This document shows positions 1 to 8,098 of a stretch of DNA of 64,000 nucleotides, piece by piece. A program made the position numbers and the translations under genes. The stretch is from Bdellovibrionales bacterium (GTDB lineage Bacteria > Bdellovibrionota > Bdellovibrionia > Bdellovibrionales > JAUICD01), in the NCBI GenBank assembly GCA_965203275.1, contig OZ241865.1, positions 1,088,001 to 1,152,000 on the forward strand, in the 5' to 3' direction. The notes below the pieces were generated by a model. It did not search any database, was not told where the DNA came from, and saw nothing but the letters and a program-made list of their open reading frames with translations. The number at the start of each line of letters is the position of its first letter. Within the stretch, counting starts at the first letter, position 1.

Positions 1-1864
1 AAGTTGTGCCTTTGTTTTCTTCTGATGTAACTGTGATCTGGCCTCCATGTTTCTGCACTAGATTATAAGAGATACTCAGTCCTAAGCCTGTCCCTTGACC
101 AACTGCTTTTGTGGTAAAGAAAGGATCAAAGACATGGTGAATGTGATCTGATGGAATCCCTCGACCGTTATCTTCAATGGTAATTTTGACCTGCTGATCA
201 TGCTTTGTAGCTACAATTTTGATATGACCTTTATCTTCAATAGCATGAGCAGCATTGGAAATAATATTCATCAGTACTTGATTGATCTGACCTGCATTGC
301 ATTGGATTTTAAGAGAATCCTCTATATCTAAATCTACTTGGATTCTAGTTTTGATTTCACCTGATAAAAGCTCTAATGTATTCTGTATGTTTTCTTTTAA
401 ATGATAATCCTGCAACGTACTGTCATCTATGCGAGAAAAACTACGCAAAGAAACTACAATATCCATAACCCTCTTTGACCCGTCTTGACAAGATTTAATG
501 AGCTTAGGTAAGTCTTTCACAAGGTAATCATAATCTATATCTTCTTTAAATTTTTCCACCTTTTGAGGATTATTTTGCATTAGCTGAATAAGTTGAATAA
601 GATTTTTTGAATAGGCTTCCAGATGGGCCATATTAGAATCAATAAAACCAATAGGATTATTGAGTTCATGGGCAACTCCTGCCACTAGCTGACCTAAACT
701 GACCATTTTAGCTGAATGTACAAGCTGTGCTTGTGTTTCTTGTAGCTCTTTATTGGCTTTTTCTAATTGCTGGTTAGCTTCTTCCAGTTGAGAGATAGAC
801 TCAGCAATCCACAAAGACATATTATTAAAAGTTGCAATTAACTTATTGATCTCCCTTGAGTTAGAAGCCTTGATAGGGATTTGTGTTCCTAACTGGCCAT
901 CTTCGATTTGTTTAGCAGCTTTGACCAAATCAGATACAGGGCGAATGATCATGACACGACTAACAACAATCAGTATACCAATCAAAAGAATAATCATCAC
1001 CACAACACCTGTAAAAAGGGCTTTTGAAATCCTCCTTACCAAAGTATTTTCTGTAGATGTTTGGACAGATGCCAAACCTAAAAAGATACGCATTCTATCA
1101 GGATCAATAGATTGAGTAAACAAACCGTATGGAGGGTTTGGATGAATAAGTTTAAAAAAAGGAGTGATTGCTTTAAGTAGCCATGTATTTTGCGGTACAA
1201 GTTCTTTTTGCTCTGATGTGGACACAATAGGCTGTTGTTCATGATCTAAAATCACAAGGTTTAAATTCAATCTTTGTTTAAAGTGATTTAAAATGGTTTT
1301 ATCAATATGGTAAACACCTTGAATAAACCCTTGTACTTGATCTTCAAGGACCACTTGAGAATAAGTTGTTAGCTCCATACGATTGTCAATTATATCACGG
1401 AAAGATTTATGAGAGGTGTTTTGAAGTTCATTTTGAAGATCTGATGGGAGATATAATGTTCCTGATGTTCTCTCTTGAATATTCTTATCCTCTTTGAAAA
1501 AAATAAATAAAGAAGCTCCTTGGTTGTCAAAAATAGCTATTTGAGAGATAGGAGAATCTTCTTGCATCCAGTTTTCAATCAAGCTTTTTATTTGTGTTGT
1601 GGATTTTTGTTGAAGTGCAGGAGCTAGCTGTAAATGACTGGCATACTGTTGAATATGTGTAGCAAGTTGATCTTCTAAAAGGTTTATTTCTGATGCAATT
1701 TCTTTAAAGTTGGCCTCTAATCGTTGGCGTTGTTCTCCGTAAAAAACAATTTGAAATTCTATTAAGCTATAGAAGGTCATTAAAAGCAAGGGTATGATTG
1801 AGAATATCAAAAACCAAAATATCAGTATATAGCGGAGGCTATAGCCATTTTGTTTTCTTGCCAT
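1..1864 (-). CDS. Membrane sensor histidine kinase (HAMP, HisKA, HATPase); runs off window start
   Basis: Not in ORF track. Manual translation from ATG at 1864 gives MARKQNGYSLRYILIFWFLIFSIIP..., an H-box LVAGVAHELNNPIGF and a G2 box GQGTGLGLSISY. Confidence 0.9.
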   Translation of the reverse strand, partial: MARKQNGYSLRYILIFWFLIFSIIPLLLMTFYSLIEFQIVFYGEQRQRLEANFKEIASEINLLEDQLATHIQQYASHLQLAPALQQKSTTQIKSLIENWMQEDSPISQIAIFDNQGASLFIFFKEDKNIQERTSGTLYLPSDLQNELQNTSHKSFRDIIDNRMELTTYSQVVLEDQVQGFIQGVYHIDKTILNHFKQRLNLNLVILDHEQQPIVSTSEQKELVPQNTWLLKAITPFFKLIHPNPPYGLFTQSIDPDRMRIFLGLASVQTSTENTLVRRISKALFTGVVVMIILLIGILIVVSRVMIIRPVSDLVKAAKQIEDGQLGTQIPIKASNSREINKLIATFNNMSLWIAESISQLEEANQQLEKANKELQETQAQLVHSAKMVSLGQLVAGVAHELNNPIGFIDSNMAHLEAYSKNLIQLIQLMQNNPQKVEKFKEDIDYDYLVKDLPKLIKSCQDGSKRVMDIVVSLRSFSRIDDSTLQDYHLKENIQNTLELLSGEIKTRIQVDLDIEDSLKIQCNAGQINQVLMNIISNAAHAIEDKGHIKIVATKHDQQVKITIEDNGRGIPSDHIHHVFDPFFTTKAVGQGTGLGLSISYNLVQKHGGQITVTSEENKGTT

Positions 1865-1943
1865 GAATGCCTATTCTTAAAGGTTTTTAGAAATTACTGT
1901 TTTTTATAGTTTTGTCATCAAATGTTTATTTCATAGCTTTTTC

Positions 1944-2384
1944 TTAAGCTGTAGAATCAGTGTTACGGTCAGACATAAGATTTGTCTGCCGGAATATTGT
2001 AAGAGTGCTTGTCTTTGTAATATTTTTTATAGTGTTTTGCGTGAAAGAGCTAGAGAAAAATATAATAAGAATAAGTAAAATAACACCAATGATGAGACTT
2101 GCTATTCTCCATTTATATGTTTTAAGTAAATGTATACTATGACGTAGCAGAGATTTGTTAAGTAAAGCAGTTTCTATTAAGTCAGAAGGTACTTTTGTTT
2201 GAGATAGTTTTTGAGTGTAATCAAGTCCTTGTTTTAAAGCTTGAAATTCTGTTTCGAGATCTGGATAGTCTTTGATATAATGTTTCATAGCTTCTTTTCT
2301 GTCAGCATCTAGCTGTCCTGTGGCATAGTCATAGAGGAGTTCCCGACAAAGAAACTCACTTAATTGATAATGTTTGTGTCTCAT
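1944..2384 (-). CDS. Anti-sigma-factor-like membrane protein (degenerate zf-HC2-like N-terminus, one TM helix)
   Basis: CRELLYDYATGQLD...MKHY pattern; C-terminal hydrophobic helix; adjacent to a sigma region-4-like gene. Confidence 0.5.
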   Translation of the reverse strand: MRHKHYQLSEFLCRELLYDYATGQLDADRKEAMKHYIKDYPDLETEFQALKQGLDYTQKLSQTKVPSDLIETALLNKSLLRHSIHLLKTYKWRIASLIIGVILLILIIFFSSSFTQNTIKNITKTSTLTIFRQTNLMSDRNTDSTA

Positions 2385-2474
2385 AATAACCTCTAATAAC
2401 CTCTTTTAAACATATCATATCTTATTGTCTGGTATTATAAAAGCTTTTCTTTTTTACTGATAGTTTCCTTTAAA

Positions 2475-2930
2475 TTATAAAGGGGTGACGCATGGATAGG
2501 TGACATGGCCAAGTGATCGCAGACCATGAGCTAACCGATATCTCACAGTTCCCACAGATATATTCATTCCTTTAGCAATATCTTCATCTGAAAATAAAAG
2601 TATTTTTGAGAAGATCACAACACAAATCACTTCATTGTCTGTTTCTTGTAAAAAGTCACACCATGAACTTAAGTCAACTGGAGGTAGCATAAAGCCTTTT
2701 TTATGATGAAGGTCTCTTTTCAAAGCTAATTGGTCTTTATTATTTGCAAAGTTGTATTTTTGGTATTTTTGCCAAACTTGCATACAAGAAAGAATCAAAT
2801 TGGCTCTTTGATTTTGTGCTTGTAGAGGTTGTTTTTTTTGTTTTCTAAGAACTTTATATGTAGCTTTTAAAGTTACTTTTTCCTCTAAAAACATATAATA
2901 AAAAAATAAAATAATAGATCGAACATGCAT
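2475..2930 (-). CDS. Sigma-70 region-4 (ECF-like) HTH protein
   Basis: FSDEDIAKGMNISVGTVRYRL motif typical of sigma region 4.2. Confidence 0.6.
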   Translation of the reverse strand: MHVRSIILFFYYMFLEEKVTLKATYKVLRKQKKQPLQAQNQRANLILSCMQVWQKYQKYNFANNKDQLALKRDLHHKKGFMLPPVDLSSWCDFLQETDNEVICVVIFSKILLFSDEDIAKGMNISVGTVRYRLAHGLRSLGHVTYPCVTPL

Positions 2931-3125
2931 TATTCTTTTTTCTACCTTTATTATTATGACTGTGCAAAGTTTAAATTAGTTTTATTAAATATGATTGTTG
3001 ATCATATTTCAAGCAGATTTAAGAAAATATAAATTCATTTTATTGCAATAGCCTTGACAATCATAATTTATAAAAGTTATATTATAAAGTTATGAAAATA
3101 AACCTTACAGCGATTTTAAGGAGAT

Positions 3126-5084
3126 TTGACTTTGGCATCAATAAATTCTTCTGGTCCTCTTGATGGCACTCATCTCTTATTTTGTCTTAATTCACATCGT
3201 CAAAATTTTCTTAATAGACATCTTATACCTTTTATCAAAAAACATCTACCCCAAGTACAGATTTCTTATGTATATGAATTTAAGCAAGCTCAACATAAGA
3301 TGGATCAGATCAACTTTGCAACAGTAATTGTTCAAGACACATCTCACAAAAAACAACATCTTTCGTCTCTTGATTTTTTAATTGATCTTAAAAAAAACTT
3401 TCCAGATACAAGTCGCATCCTCTATACTAAAAACCTCAAATTTCAAGAAATAATAAATTATATTAATCAAGCATACATTTTAGATATTTTCAGTCCTCAA
3501 TGGGAATTAAATAAAATCTTAATTCTTATCCAAAAATCAATAGATCAATATCGCATTTGCACAAACAGAATGAAGCTTGTAGAAGAAATCACTCATATCA
3601 ATAAAAAATTAGAAATCAATATGCAACAACTTGAAACCCACATTAAAGAAGGAACTCAATATATTAAAGAAGCACAGTTAGACGCTCAAAAAAAGAAACA
3701 CAAAGCAGAAAGATTAGTACATCTTGTACAAAAACTAGGTGAAATTACAGATTTTGAAGAATATTTAATAGCTCTTAAGATGGAATATAAAAGTTGGCAT
3801 TGTATTATAACTCCATTCTTAATCGTTCAGCATATCCAGGATCAGTTTATTTTTTATCAGTTACAAGGTAGGACAATCAAAAAACAACACTTACCCTGGC
3901 CACAAAAAAATATTTTACTTAATGCTTTTAGAAAAGAGCTAGCTAACTTGATAGGTCGACCTTTAGGACAACTCTTGCAAATTTCATTAGGAGAGAAGGG
4001 GGTTTTAATTTTTGAACATATATTTGAAAAAAAAGAGCTAGAGGATTTTAAAGAACACATTGAGTTAAACAGACAAGCTTTAGAGATTGCTTTTCAACGC
4101 ATACTTCAAGACAGTCAATTAGTAGAAGCTACTAAAGTTTGGCAAAAAACATTCGATGTGATCTCTGATCCTATTGCTATAGTGGATAACTCTCATCAAA
4201 TTTTAAGATGCAATCAGAGTTTTCATAAACATCAATTAAGTACTTATGATCTTAAGAGGTCTTCTTTAAATAGACATATCATTGCAAATAATAAATTATT
4301 TGAAGTCAGCTATTTTCCTATTGATATAAAGTCTCATAATACCCATACAGTATATATTTATAAAGATATTACCCATTCTAAAACACTTCATTTACAAATG
4401 ATACAAAATGAAAAAATGGCTGCTTTAGGTCATCTAGCTGGAAATATCACACATGAACTCAATAACCCTCTCACAGGGCTTAAGGCTTTAGCTCAAATCC
4501 TTGCTCAAGAAGTCAAAGATCAACCTCAGTTATATCAAGATATCATAGATATTAAAGAAGGTGTGCAACGTTCTCAAGATGTGATTAAAAATTTATTAGA
4601 ATTTACATCACCACATACTTCTTTAAATGTTTCTAAAATAGAAATAGACGATCTGGTCAAAAAAACTTTGCCATTTTTAAAGACAGCCACTCGGTTTCAC
4701 AAGCTTAATATTCATCTGCAATCAAAAGGTGCTTATATTAAGGCTGTTCCGCAACTTATTCAGCATGTTATTTTTAACTTGATCAATAATTCTTGCCAAG
4801 CTATTAAAAAACTAGGAGAAATTTCTATTATCACTGAAGTTCAAAACAATAAGGATAAGGATTTTGTAAAGCTGAAGATTAGCGATAATGGTCCAGGTAT
4901 TCCAGAAGAATTAAGAGAGCAAATTTTTCTTCCATTTGCTACAACAAAACAGAAAAATCAAGGGACAGGGTTGGGCTTACATCTTTGTAAGAATATTGTG
5001 GAAAAGTACCAAGGAGAGATTTTTTACAACAAAGAATTTAAACAAGGGGCAGAGTTTATTGTGCAGTTTCCTTGTGTATTTTAG
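3126..5084 (+). CDS. Sensor histidine kinase (receiver-like N-terminus, PAS-like, HisKA, HATPase)
   Basis: GHLAGNITHELNNPL H-box, NLINNS N-box, DNGPGI, GTGLGL; AAGGAG upstream of TTG. Confidence 0.9.
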   Translation: MTLASINSSGPLDGTHLLFCLNSHRQNFLNRHLIPFIKKHLPQVQISYVYEFKQAQHKMDQINFATVIVQDTSHKKQHLSSLDFLIDLKKNFPDTSRILYTKNLKFQEIINYINQAYILDIFSPQWELNKILILIQKSIDQYRICTNRMKLVEEITHINKKLEINMQQLETHIKEGTQYIKEAQLDAQKKKHKAERLVHLVQKLGEITDFEEYLIALKMEYKSWHCIITPFLIVQHIQDQFIFYQLQGRTIKKQHLPWPQKNILLNAFRKELANLIGRPLGQLLQISLGEKGVLIFEHIFEKKELEDFKEHIELNRQALEIAFQRILQDSQLVEATKVWQKTFDVISDPIAIVDNSHQILRCNQSFHKHQLSTYDLKRSSLNRHIIANNKLFEVSYFPIDIKSHNTHTVYIYKDITHSKTLHLQMIQNEKMAALGHLAGNITHELNNPLTGLKALAQILAQEVKDQPQLYQDIIDIKEGVQRSQDVIKNLLEFTSPHTSLNVSKIEIDDLVKKTLPFLKTATRFHKLNIHLQSKGAYIKAVPQLIQHVIFNLINNSCQAIKKLGEISIITEVQNNKDKDFVKLKISDNGPGIPEELREQIFLPFATTKQKNQGTGLGLHLCKNIVEKYQGEIFYNKEFKQGAEFIVQFPCVF

Positions 5085-5093
5085 AGGTGGTCT

Positions 5094-5519
5094 TTGACAA
5101 AATGGTCAATAAAGGATTATGGTTTGAAAGTTTTAATTATAGAAGATGACAAAATTATAAGACATGCTTTAAATAGAGTTTTTACAGCGAGGGGGCATGA
5201 AGTCTTTTTAGCTAAAGATGGCAAAGAAGGTGTGGATACTTGGCAAAAGCAAAAGCCTCATTTGGTGTTATTGGATGTGATCATGCCTCATTTGACGGGA
5301 GTACAAATTTTAGAAATGAGAGAAGATTTACCAGAGGCTAAAGTTGTTGTTATGTCAGCTTATACTGGAGATCAATATAATTTTAAAACTTTAAAAAACT
5401 TATCTGATTTGATCATTTCTAAACCATTTGGAGATATTTTTCAATTAATCCAAAAACTAGAATCCATGACAAAATCTTGTGATGAACTTGACTTAGTAGA
5501 TATACAAGATGAGAGATAA
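5094..5519 (+). CDS. Single-domain response regulator (CheY-like)
   Basis: VLIIEDD, LLDVIMP, SKPF motifs. Confidence 0.9.
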   Translation: MTKWSIKDYGLKVLIIEDDKIIRHALNRVFTARGHEVFLAKDGKEGVDTWQKQKPHLVLLDVIMPHLTGVQILEMREDLPEAKVVVMSAYTGDQYNFKTLKNLSDLIISKPFGDIFQLIQKLESMTKSCDELDLVDIQDER

Positions 5520-5571
5520 AAGCTTTTAAGGAGGGAGTTTTTTCTTAACACAGTGTTAATCCCGGGATCCC

Positions 5572-5800
5572 GGGATCCCTAACCCCACCCCCCACCCTTC
5601 GATTCTGCCTTTTCATTTTGTTTTTACTTGAGGATGGGGCAGTGTGAGCCTTCCGAAGTCCTCAATTGAGCTTGCTTTTAAAGAGCAAGCTCAATTTGCG
5701 GAAGATCTCCAGGCTCCCACTGCCCCATCCTCTTAATTAATTACTTTTTGTTTGAGATTTATGCAGAATCTAAAAGAGAATAAAAAAACAAAAAAACGAG
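5572..5800. repeat. Family B nested-hairpin dispersed repeat, copy 1
   Basis: GAGGATGGGGCAGTG/CACTGCCCCATCCTC and AATTGAGCTTGCT/AGCAAGCTCAATT arms; inverted copy at ~21160-21385. Confidence 0.85.
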
Positions 5801-5806
5801 CTTTTT

Positions 5807-5904
5807 CCTTAACATGGAGTTAAGGGACGAAGGGATCCTCCCTACTAAAAGTAAACGGACTTTTGAGGTAGCCAGAGGCTAGTTTACTTTTAGTGAAAAA
5901 CAAC
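5807..5904 (+). repeat. Family A structured repeat, internally deleted copy
   Basis: CCTTAACAT...CTACTAAAAGTAAAC...TAGCCAGAGGCTAGTTTACTTTTAGTGAA plus AAACAAC tail; central arm missing. Confidence 0.8.
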
Positions 5905-5905
5905 T

Positions 5906-6004
5906 CAGGCAATATTAGATTTGGAATTTGTTGGTTGTATGGAATTAGCAAAACAAGCTGATAAATTAGGTGCTTTTTTATACAAATTATGTAAAAATAC
6001 TTAA
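5906..6004 (+). pseudogene. 5'-truncated paralogous remnant of the four-helix-bundle gene (last ~32 codons)
   Basis: Translates QAILDLEFVGCMELAKQADKLGAFLYKLCKNT*, matching the C-terminus of 6149..6454 with mostly synonymous differences. Confidence 0.85.
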
Positions 6005-6082
6005 ATTCAAATTTGATCTTTTCTGGGATCTGGGATCCGGGATCTGGCATCCCGGCATCAGGTTCCAGAGCATTGATTGTAA

Positions 6083-6167
6083 TGAATTTTTTCATCTAAA
6101 AAATTTCCTCCCAAGCCCTGGCGGGTTTTTAGAAAGGAGGAAATTTTTATGACGATGAAAAAATTCA
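6083..6167 (+). promoter_or_regulatory. Hairpin sequestering RBS and start region of the four-helix-bundle gene
   Basis: 6099-6111 AAAAATTTCCTCC pairs with 6136-6148 GGAGGAAATTTTT; 6084-6096 pairs with 6154-6166. Confidence 0.7.
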
Positions 6168-6454
6168 AAACTTACCAATTAGCTACTCAATTTTATCGTA
6201 ATTCTAAAAAATTACATCTGAAAGAGCCTCATAGAAGTCAGTTTCGAAGGGCTGTCTCAAGTATTGTACTTAACTTAGCTGAAGGATCTGCTAAACCTAC
6301 AGCAAAAGATCGTAGGAAGTTTTATTATATTAGTCTTGGTTCTTTAAGAGAGGTTCAAGCGATATTGGATCTAGAGTTTATTGGCTGTATGGAATTAGCA
6401 AAACAAGCTGATAAATTAGGAGCTTATTTATACAAACTGTGTAAAAATACTTAA
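6149..6454 (+). CDS. Four-helix-bundle protein (23S rRNA IVS-encoded/Avd-like family)
   Basis: SQFRRAVSSIVLNLAEGSAK...RRKFYYISLGSLREVQAILDL family signature; strong GGAGG RBS. Confidence 0.9.
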   Translation: MTMKKFKTYQLATQFYRNSKKLHLKEPHRSQFRRAVSSIVLNLAEGSAKPTAKDRRKFYYISLGSLREVQAILDLEFIGCMELAKQADKLGAYLYKLCKNT

Positions 6455-6471
6455 ATTCAATTTTGATCTTT

Positions 6472-6731
6472 TCCGGGATCTGGGATCCGGGATCTGGCAG
6501 TCAGGCAGAGATGAAGCGAATAGCTTGTTTCCTTAACATCGTGTTAAAAAACGAAGGTTTCCTTCCTACTCAAAATAAATGAATTTTCTAAGCAGTTAGC
6601 CTTTGTCGACGACGAAAGTCGTCGGGCTAACTGCCAGAAAACATGCCAGAGGCATGATGCATTTTGAGTGAACCAAACGGCTAGACCACTTTTAGTGAAC
6701 CAGAGGTGTGGCTCATTTTGAGTGAAACAAC
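6472..6731 (+). repeat. Repeat cluster: GGGATCY heptamer module, full family A copy (6531-6678) and two stacked truncated A copies
   Basis: Direct reading; AGTGAA ends at ~6667, 6694 and 6721. Confidence 0.85.
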
Positions 6732-6803
6732 AAGAAAGTTTTAAAGTCAAAAAGATACATCGGCTTAATGGATTCTTATTTTGAGACAAATATAGAATTG
6801 GTC

Positions 6804-7787
6804 TTATTCTGTAGCAACGCCCCCACAAGATATCATGATTGGGTTCGTCTGTAATAACAGTCTTACAATATCAGTATAACCTCTCGACCTTGCCAGTTCT
6901 AAAGCCGTCCATCCTGTTGTCTCTTGAAGATTAACGTTTGCTCCAGCATCTAGCAATAGCTTTACAACCTCAGTATGGCCTTCACGGCTAGCACTTATTA
7001 AAGCCGTAGAGCCATATTCGTTTTGAAAATTAACGTTTGCTCCGGCCGCTAGCAATAACCTTACAAACTCAGGTTGACTTGTTACAGACATTAAAGCTGT
7101 ATTGCCCCTGTCGTCTCGAAGATTGACGTCCGCCCCGGTAGCTAGCAACCCCTTGAAAATCTCAGGCTGGTTTGCGGCCCGCATTAAAGCAGTCACTCCA
7201 TATTTGGTTTGATGGTCAATGTCCGCTCCGGCATCTAGCAAAAGCTTTGCAGTATTAAATGATAGTACTTTATAGCGTATTGATAGTTTTTGAATATCCC
7301 TGTGTTTTTGCAGATTAGCGTTTCGACGACTCCAAAGAGTAAGACTGATACTTCCTAAAGTTGAAGCAAATTGTAAAGCCGTCCTGCCTCCTCGGTCTTG
7401 AACATTAACTTCTGCTCCAGCATCTAGCAATAGCCTTACAATATCTATATTGTGATCACTATCACTAGCCCACATTAAAGCCGTAAAGTCATTGTTGTCT
7501 TGATAGTCAACATCCGCTCCATTATTTAAGGCATCTCTTACCTTACTGATGTTTCCTTCTTTGACCGCTTGAATTAGTGACTGATTTATATCGGGATTTG
7601 GTGATGGGTTTATAGCTGGTGTTTCTCTTTTATCTGGAGTAGGGCTTGGTGGGCTTGTTTGTGTCATCTTAGAGTTAGATGTCTGGCTTTCCTTATCTTT
7701 ATAACAGTTGTTAAACCCGAATGCCAAACAAGACAAAGCAAGCAATAATAATAATAAATAAGCTTTCTTTTTCCCTGTTTTCTTCAT
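6804..7787 (-). CDS. Ankyrin-repeat lipoprotein
   Basis: Several TALMxA...LLDAGADVN repeats; signal peptide ending LAFGFNNC. Confidence 0.9.
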   Translation of the reverse strand: MKKTGKKKAYLLLLLLALSCLAFGFNNCYKDKESQTSNSKMTQTSPPSPTPDKRETPAINPSPNPDINQSLIQAVKEGNISKVRDALNNGADVDYQDNNDFTALMWASDSDHNIDIVRLLLDAGAEVNVQDRGGRTALQFASTLGSISLTLWSRRNANLQKHRDIQKLSIRYKVLSFNTAKLLLDAGADIDHQTKYGVTALMRAANQPEIFKGLLATGADVNLRDDRGNTALMSVTSQPEFVRLLLAAGANVNFQNEYGSTALISASREGHTEVVKLLLDAGANVNLQETTGWTALELARSRGYTDIVRLLLQTNPIMISCGGVATE

Positions 7788-7826
7788 GATCCTTTTTCCT
7801 CAATATTTTGTTCATCCAATCAATAT

Positions 7827-8090
7827 CCGGGATCTGGCAACCCGGCATCAGATCCCGGGATGCCTGATTGCCTGATCCCGGGAGTGGATATCTTGTTTCC
7901 TTAACATCGTGTAAAGAGACGAGAAGATCCTCCTCTACTCAAAATGCATAGATTTTTGAGGCAATGACCATTTTGCCAATGGCGAAAGCCATTGCGGTCA
8001 TTGCCCAAAAACATGCCAGAGGCATGATGCATTTTGAGTGAACCAAACGGCTAGACCACTTTTAGTGAAACAACTCATTTTGAGTGAAAA
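7827..8090 (+). repeat. Repeat cluster: heptamer (D) module, full family A copy (7899-8048) and two truncated A ends
   Basis: Perfect stems ACTCAAAATGCAT/ATGCATTTTGAGT, GGCAATGACC/GGTCATTGCC, CAATGGC-GAAA-GCCATTG, CATGCC-AGA-GGCATG. Confidence 0.9.
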
Positions 8091-8098
8091 TCACAATT

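Noticed and set aside
5906..6454. DGR template/variable repeat pair next to an Avd-like gene
   Set aside because: Mismatches are not adenine-specific (several T/C, G/A and T/A) and are mostly synonymous; no reverse transcriptase in the window.
7899..8048. tRNA, group II intron DV/DVI or hammerhead ribozyme identity for family A
   Set aside because: No TTC-loop cloverleaf, no AGC/CGC triad DV hairpin and no CTGATGA core recognisable by eye.
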